Source: an uncultured Candidatus Saccharibacteria bacterium | GTDB taxonomy: Bacteria > Patescibacteriota > Doudnabacteria > UBA920 | Direction: 5' to 3' | DNA: 64,000 bases | Assembly: GCA_964436545.1 (NCBI GenBank) | Contig: CAYTCJ010000002.1 | Location: 26,111 to 90,110 of the forward strand | Shown: piece by piece, positions 59,027 through 64,000 of the stretch | Position numbering within the stretch: position 1 is the stretch's first letter | Layout of the letters: every line of letters begins with the position of its first letter | Notes under the pieces: model-generated | Seen by the model: only the letters and a program-made list of their open reading frames with translations | The model's database searches: none | Told to the model about the DNA's origin: nothing | Program-made: the position numbers and the translations under genes

Positions 59027-60979
59027 ATGTCAGTAAAAAAACTTCTCTGTCTAATGGCAGTGGTAATGTTAATGCCTTGGCAAAATGTCAGGGCGCTGAG
59101 TTATTTGGAAATTTTAAGACACGCGAGAGTACTGGGGGTAAGTGATTACTCCGAACAAACAGTATTTCAAAACCCCAATTTACATCTGCGAGTTCAACCC
59201 TTAGCCTTTAATCAGGAAACCCAAAAATGGAATTATAAAATACTTTGGAATCGAATTGTAGGCAGAAGTGGCTCTATATATTTAAACAATAATTTATTAA
59301 TAGCGAGCGCTACTAACTCTGGGGAAATAGAAACCGGTTTTATAATTTTACCAAAATCGACTAATCGTCTAATTTTCTATTCACAAACTTACGGCAAAGG
59401 AGTAAGAGTTGCTAATAGAGGTTTTGTAGCTTTAGAAGCTCCGGAAACCAGCAACAACAATCAAAATCCTGAATCTTTATTACCCGAAATTGAAACAAAT
59501 ATTCCTGTGCCACCAGTAACCCATACTCAAACGTTTAATATGTCTGAATTTTGCCAAGGCCCAACCATTGCCGTGACACCCGAAGAATTTAAACCGGTTG
59601 TAGGCAGAATTGTTGACTCTCCTTTAATAAATTTTAACAACAACGGTCAAACTTTTTGGTTAATGGATGCCGAAAACGGAATTCAAAAAACTGCCGGACC
59701 GGCCGAAAAACCCTTATCGTTAAACATTTGGGCTAGACCCAAAAATAAAAATGACCTCTTTACCAACATTGGTAAAAATTCCGAATTTCCCATTGTGGTA
59801 AATGGCTTACCTTACTCAACTCAAGCTTGGATAGTAAACCTCTATCAAGCCCCCGATGGACTATTGGCATTTATACATATTGAGGCTTTAAAAGATGACG
59901 ATCATTGGGCTGGAAGAGTAGGATTAGCTTGGTCTAGGGACAACGGGAATAGCTTTACTTATTTGGGACACATTATCCAAATGGACATGACTAAATCTGT
60001 GGAACCCGACAGCAATGATGTAAGCAATGTGCAAGGCGTGCCATACTTAGTAAAACCCGAAAATCCTAATCTGCCAATCTCTGCGAGCAATCCGGAATAT
60101 TTTTATATTTATTATATGGAACGCGGACATGGCTACAAAGTAGGTGTGGCTAGAGCTAAAGTTCAAGATGTACTAAACTCAGCGAGAAATGGCACAACTA
60201 CGGAATGGAAAAAATATTATAATCGAAAATTTGAAAGCAAAGGTTTGGGCGGTGAAGCCACACCCACCAACCTAAATGGAGTAACTCATACCGATGCAGC
60301 CTTTAGCACAGTCACCAAAAAAGGTTACTTGATTTTAACCATGCCATCTAATTTAGACGGTAGAAACACCACTAGAGTGGAATTACATGAATCAGATAAT
60401 ATGGTTGATTGGAAATTAAAATCTGTAATCGCTTCCGACAGAACCAAACGCGACTCAAATAATAGAATTTTAGACAAGCCCGGTTACCAATATGCCACCA
60501 TCATTAATCCTAACGGTTTAGAACAAGGAACTATTGCGGATAGTATGAAATTACTAGTTATACATAACTACGATAAGCCTGAAGGGGAGGATGCTTATCG
60601 TGCTTACTTATGGAATATTAATGTCAATTCCAGCCAAAACCCCATTTGCCCCAATTACCAATTTTGGGACACAGGGGATTTTATCTACAATAATGAAGTA
60701 TACTATTCCAACAGCCACAGTTATTGCAAGCGCGCCAAAGCGGTACCCACTGACACAGCTGTTCGACTTTACAGTTTACCTACACATTTAGGTGGGGGAG
60801 ATCTGTGCGAAAACAATATTCCGGCTCAAAACTTTAGATATAGAGGTGAATTATATTATTCCAATGGAGGTGGAATGTATTGTAAATATCGAAATCAAAA
60901 CGCCGATGGCGGAACCGCGGAAGTTTATTGGGCAATTCCTTCCAATATGCAAAATCACGGCACCTGTTATGGCGGATAG
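59027..60979 (+). CDS. Secreted protein: beta-propeller glycoside-hydrolase-like core plus two Cys-containing C-terminal repeats
   Basis: Signal peptide ending VRA; Asp-box SRDNGNSF; repeated YYSN..YCK. Confidence 0.65.
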   Translation: MSVKKLLCLMAVVMLMPWQNVRALSYLEILRHARVLGVSDYSEQTVFQNPNLHLRVQPLAFNQETQKWNYKILWNRIVGRSGSIYLNNNLLIASATNSGEIETGFIILPKSTNRLIFYSQTYGKGVRVANRGFVALEAPETSNNNQNPESLLPEIETNIPVPPVTHTQTFNMSEFCQGPTIAVTPEEFKPVVGRIVDSPLINFNNNGQTFWLMDAENGIQKTAGPAEKPLSLNIWARPKNKNDLFTNIGKNSEFPIVVNGLPYSTQAWIVNLYQAPDGLLAFIHIEALKDDDHWAGRVGLAWSRDNGNSFTYLGHIIQMDMTKSVEPDSNDVSNVQGVPYLVKPENPNLPISASNPEYFYIYYMERGHGYKVGVARAKVQDVLNSARNGTTTEWKKYYNRKFESKGLGGEATPTNLNGVTHTDAAFSTVTKKGYLILTMPSNLDGRNTTRVELHESDNMVDWKLKSVIASDRTKRDSNNRILDKPGYQYATIINPNGLEQGTIADSMKLLVIHNYDKPEGEDAYRAYLWNINVNSSQNPICPNYQFWDTGDFIYNNEVYYSNSHSYCKRAKAVPTDTAVRLYSLPTHLGGGDLCENNIPAQNFRYRGELYYSNGGGMYCKYRNQNADGGTAEVYWAIPSNMQNHGTCYGG

Positions 60980-61040
60980 AGACTTTAAAGCTTAATCAAA
61001 TAAAAATATTTAAGGGCGCCACGTTTACACAGGGCGCCCT

Positions 61041-61529
61041 TTATGCTGCGCGTTTGAGTCCACCACCCCAGCACCCCCGGCGCCGAGAAGGGAACTCCAA
61101 AACGCGCCCCCCGCCTTTTTCTTCAGGCGGGTCTTGATGCGGCCACGGGCACTCTGGGTAGTGCCGAAAACGGATCTCGATCCGCGTCCGATTTTCCCAA
61201 AAGTCCCCGGCCATAACCACCCAAGTTTCCCGAACATACTCGTCCCCCGAGTAGATCGGGAACGGGAAATCGCTACCGCTACACTGCTTGGAGCAGTAGT
61301 AGCAAACTCGTTCTTCCCGCGTCCGGCGAATTTCCGAGCCCAGCAACCGAGGAAGGTGGCGGGAATGCCACTTAACCTTCTCGTCACTTGGCACGAAAAC
61401 CGGGTGGTCCGGAACGACCACTTTGGCGCCCTCACAAGAGGGGCACCAATGAACTTTGTTTTTCCCGGAGCGCTTATACGCTTGCCCGGGCATAATTTCC
61501 CCTCCACAGAGGGCGCAGAACTCAAACAT
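61041..61529 (-). CDS. GC-rich Cys/His (Zn-finger-like) orphan protein
   Basis: SD AAGGAGG before ATG at 61529; CALC, CPSC, CYYC, HYPEC. Confidence 0.65.
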   Translation of the reverse strand: MFEFCALCGGEIMPGQAYKRSGKNKVHWCPSCEGAKVVVPDHPVFVPSDEKVKWHSRHLPRLLGSEIRRTREERVCYYCSKQCSGSDFPFPIYSGDEYVRETWVVMAGDFWENRTRIEIRFRHYPECPWPHQDPPEEKGGGRVLEFPSRRRGCWGGGLKRAA

Positions 61530-61589
61530 TCTGTATGCCCTCCTTTGGCATTCGCTAAGTCTAAACTTAATAAATAAAAAAATCAATAC

Positions 61590-61618
61590 TTTACAAAAGC
61601 TAAAGATTGTAGTATAAT
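61590..61618 (+). promoter_or_regulatory. rplY promoter
   Basis: TTTACA-N17-TATAAT. Confidence 0.7.
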
Positions 61619-61633
61619 CGTAAAACTAATTAA

Positions 61634-61673
61634 GATTTTGTGAGTAGGCGAAAAAACGCCAATGGGCAAAATC
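61634..61673 (+). ncRNA. Candidate L25 autoregulatory leader (5S rRNA loop E mimic)
   Basis: GATTTTG-TGAGTA-GGCG-AAAAAA-CGCC-AATGGG-CAAAATC. Confidence 0.55.
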
Positions 61674-61686
61674 CATAAGGATAACT

Positions 61687-62385
61687 ATGAATAAAGTAAA
61701 GTTGAACGCCAAAGTCAGAGACATAAAAAATAAAGTGCATAAACTCATTAAAGGCGGGGATATCCCGGCTGTGCTTTATGGTCACAACATAAAAAATATC
61801 AACTTAAGCCTAAAAAAGACCGAATTTGAAAGATGTTTAAAATCTGCCGGTGAAAGTAGCATTGTAGATTTGGCCATTGAAGGCGAAAAAACCGAAAGAC
61901 CGGTTTTGATTCAAGATGTTCAATTGCATTTTTTAACCAACGAACCGATTCATGCCGATTTTTACCAAGTGAGCATGACCGAAAAACTCAAAGCACGCGT
62001 AGCTTTGGAATTCGTGGGCGAATCTCCGGCGGTTAAAGCCATGGGTGGAATTTTGGTTAAAGTTATGAATGAAATTGAAGTGCAATGTCTCCCTGCCGAT
62101 TTACCTCATAACATTCAAGTGGATATTGCCAGCTTAACCGATTTCAGCCAAGCCATTCACATCCGCGATCTTAAACTGGGGGATAAAGTCCAAATTTTAG
62201 CTAACCCCGAGGAAGTAATTGCCAAAGTCCAACCGCCCCGAGACGTGGAAGCCGAATTGGCTAAAGGCACCGATGAAAAAACCGCGGTAGAAGCCGTAGT
62301 CGCCGCTTCGGAAAAAGTTAAGACCCCCGAGGAAGCCAAAGCCGGGGCTGAAGAAAAAACCAAAGAAGAGAAACCTAAAAAATAA
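61687..62385 (+). CDS. rplY: 50S ribosomal protein L25/Ctc
   Basis: IPAVLYG, IQDVQ..PIHADFY, C-terminal CLPADLP..VDI..IHIRDL. Confidence 0.95.
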   Translation: MNKVKLNAKVRDIKNKVHKLIKGGDIPAVLYGHNIKNINLSLKKTEFERCLKSAGESSIVDLAIEGEKTERPVLIQDVQLHFLTNEPIHADFYQVSMTEKLKARVALEFVGESPAVKAMGGILVKVMNEIEVQCLPADLPHNIQVDIASLTDFSQAIHIRDLKLGDKVQILANPEEVIAKVQPPRDVEAELAKGTDEKTAVEAVVAASEKVKTPEEAKAGAEEKTKEEKPKK

Positions 62386-62396
62386 TTTCTCCAACT

Positions 62397-62426
62397 TTTG
62401 CCTCCCGATGCCCATCGGGGGGCAAA
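62397..62426 (+). terminator. Hairpin after rplY
   Basis: TTTGCCTCCCGATG-CC-CATCGGGGGGCAAA. Confidence 0.6.
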
Positions 62427-62434
62427 TTTATTTT

Positions 62435-63292
62435 ATGCTCAAAAAACTGCTGATTATAAAATTTTTACTTGTAATAGGGTTAGGCTGTTGGTTAGTGGGC
62501 TTTTATGCCATCAACTTTAAACAGCAAACTCAACCGGAAACCTCTGGTTTATTTCCCCCCACAGTTAAAACTCTTAGCCTGCCAATTTTAATGTATCACC
62601 ATGTGGGGGATTTGCCTAAACAACCCAACTTAATTAGAAAAGACCTGACTGTAAGCAAAGAAAATTTCAAACAACAAGTGGAATATATTTACAACCAAGG
62701 CTTTGTTAGCATTAAGCTGGCAGATATCTATTCCTATGCCTTAGGAACTAAACTGTTACCCGAAAAACCCATTATTTTTACTTTTGATGATGGCTACGAA
62801 GACGTTTTTGAGAACGCCTTGCCCGTTTTGGAGCACTTTGGATTTACCGGCACCGTGGCGCTAATTACCGAATTTCAAGGCACCACCATAGGTGATAACA
62901 CTTACGGCGATTGGCAAGCAATCAACCACGCTTTAAGCCAAGGTCATGAAATGGTTTCGCATACTCACACGCATTTCGATGGTGCCAATAAAAAATACAC
63001 CGATGAATTTATCCAAAACAATTTAAAAAACTCGCTTATTTCCATAGAAAAACATACGAGGATTAAAACCCTAACTTTAGTTTATCCTTATGGACACTAC
63101 ACGCCCAATTATATACGCTTAGCCCAACTTACTGGTTTTAAACTGGGCCTTACGACCAAAGAGGGGAGTCAAATCAATTTAGATAACTTAATGGAAATTC
63201 CGAGACTCAGAATCCATAGAACCACCACGCTTCAGCAGTTAATTCACAAACTCTCTCCGGCTAATTTGGCAAAATCGCCAACGACCAAATAA
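62435..63292 (+). CDS. Polysaccharide deacetylase (CE4/NodB family)
   Basis: PILMYHHV, TFDDGY, SHTHTH, YPYG, IPRLR. Confidence 0.92.
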   Translation: MLKKLLIIKFLLVIGLGCWLVGFYAINFKQQTQPETSGLFPPTVKTLSLPILMYHHVGDLPKQPNLIRKDLTVSKENFKQQVEYIYNQGFVSIKLADIYSYALGTKLLPEKPIIFTFDDGYEDVFENALPVLEHFGFTGTVALITEFQGTTIGDNTYGDWQAINHALSQGHEMVSHTHTHFDGANKKYTDEFIQNNLKNSLISIEKHTRIKTLTLVYPYGHYTPNYIRLAQLTGFKLGLTTKEGSQINLDNLMEIPRLRIHRTTTLQQLIHKLSPANLAKSPTTK

Positions 63293-64000
63293 ATCTTTAA
63301 AAAACTCTGTCCGAGTATCCGGTAAAATTCCTTTAATCATTCGATGTAACTCAGTTTTTTGGCGCGGATCAAATTCCAAAAAAATAATTTTGGGTTGATG
63401 CTTCTGGCCCGCAACTTGCTCTAATAAAGATCTAATGTGATACAATCCATGCTCTTTGGCAAATAAAGCTTGCTGAGGCTCAAATTTCAGACCCGCGGTC
63501 TCGGTGCTAGAATTATTTTTCCATTCATTCCAACCATACGGCAAATTAGCAATAATTATATCAAAATTCATTTTAATATTTTTAAAAAGGTTTGAATGGA
63601 TAAATTTAATTTTTACATTATGCATTTTTGCGTTTTGTTTTGCCACAGACAAAGCTTTTTTAGAAATGTCTGATGCGGTAACTGAAAATTCTGAATTGAG
63701 AATTGAAAATTGTTTTGCCAATGAAACAGCAATACAGCCACTGCCCGTGCCCACATCGAGAATTTTAATCACGCCCCCTTTACCCCCTCTGTGGCCAAAG
63801 AGGGGGGAGGGGGAGTTTTTTTTCACTGGATAACCCAATAACTTAACGGACTTAATAACCTGTTCCACCAAATCTTCTGTCTCCGGTCTGGGAATCAGCA
63901 CATCTTTATTCACCTTAAACCTAAGCCCTAAAAAATCTTTGTAGCCTAAAATATAAGCTATAGGCTCACCCTTTTGCCTACGCTTAATCATTTTCTTTAA
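63239..64000 (-). CDS. prmC: Release factor glutamine methyltransferase; 5' end outside the window
   Basis: GEPIAYILG, VLIPRPETE, LDVGTGSGCIA, ANLPY. Confidence 0.93.
   Translation of the reverse strand, partial: LKKMIKRRQKGEPIAYILGYKDFLGLRFKVNKDVLIPRPETEDLVEQVIKSVKLLGYPVKKNSPSPLFGHRGGKGGVIKILDVGTGSGCIAVSLAKQFSILNSEFSVTASDISKKALSVAKQNAKMHNVKIKFIHSNLFKNIKMNFDIIIANLPYGWNEWKNNSSTETAGLKFEPQQALFAKEHGLYHIRSLLEQVAGQKHQPKIIFLEFDPRQKTELHRMIKGILPDTRTEFFKDLFGRWRFCQISRREFVN

Noticed and set aside
61025-61577. Alternative overlapping ORFs 61025-61525 (-) and 61134-61577 (+)
   Set aside because: They stay open because of high GC; only the 61529 frame has an SD and a coherent Cys pattern.

Overview
A 64-kb, AT-rich, gene-dense chromosomal segment of a reduced-genome bacterium. 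It is most consistent with a Patescibacteria/CPR (Parcubacteria-like) organism using code 11; this is inferred from the monomeric mitochondrial-type PheRS, archaeal-like PyrH, short AtpH, pilin-like proteins and few Shine-Dalgarno sites. Content is mostly housekeeping: lepA, murI, a complete F1Fo atp operon, a CCA enzyme, four tRNAs, rmuC, a UvrD-nuclease, PheRS, gyrB, greA, lysS, serS, pyrH, iscS, glycosyltransferases, rplU, recR, dnaB, cysS, two adk-like genes, map, thrS, dnaE, rodA, rplY and prmC. I saw no CRISPR array, rRNA, transposase or prophage. The unusual signal is a layer of small repeats. (i) Two minigenes, a four-helix-bundle (IVP/bAvd-like) gene inside the atp operon and a GIY-YIG nuclease in the thrS leader, are each bracketed by inverted repeats. 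(ii) Solo 7-8-nt tandem arrays and REP-like palindromes sit at gene junctions and in frame inside essential proteins (AtpG, AtpD, DnaE, ThrS, PrmC). Other candidates are a 5S loop-E-mimic leader upstream of rplY, an attenuator-like thrS leader, a structured mRNA encoding a 21-aa lysine-rich peptide, a LysRS-DUF2000 fusion and pilin-head domains grafted into larger membrane proteins. All family calls come from motif recognition by eye, not database searches.
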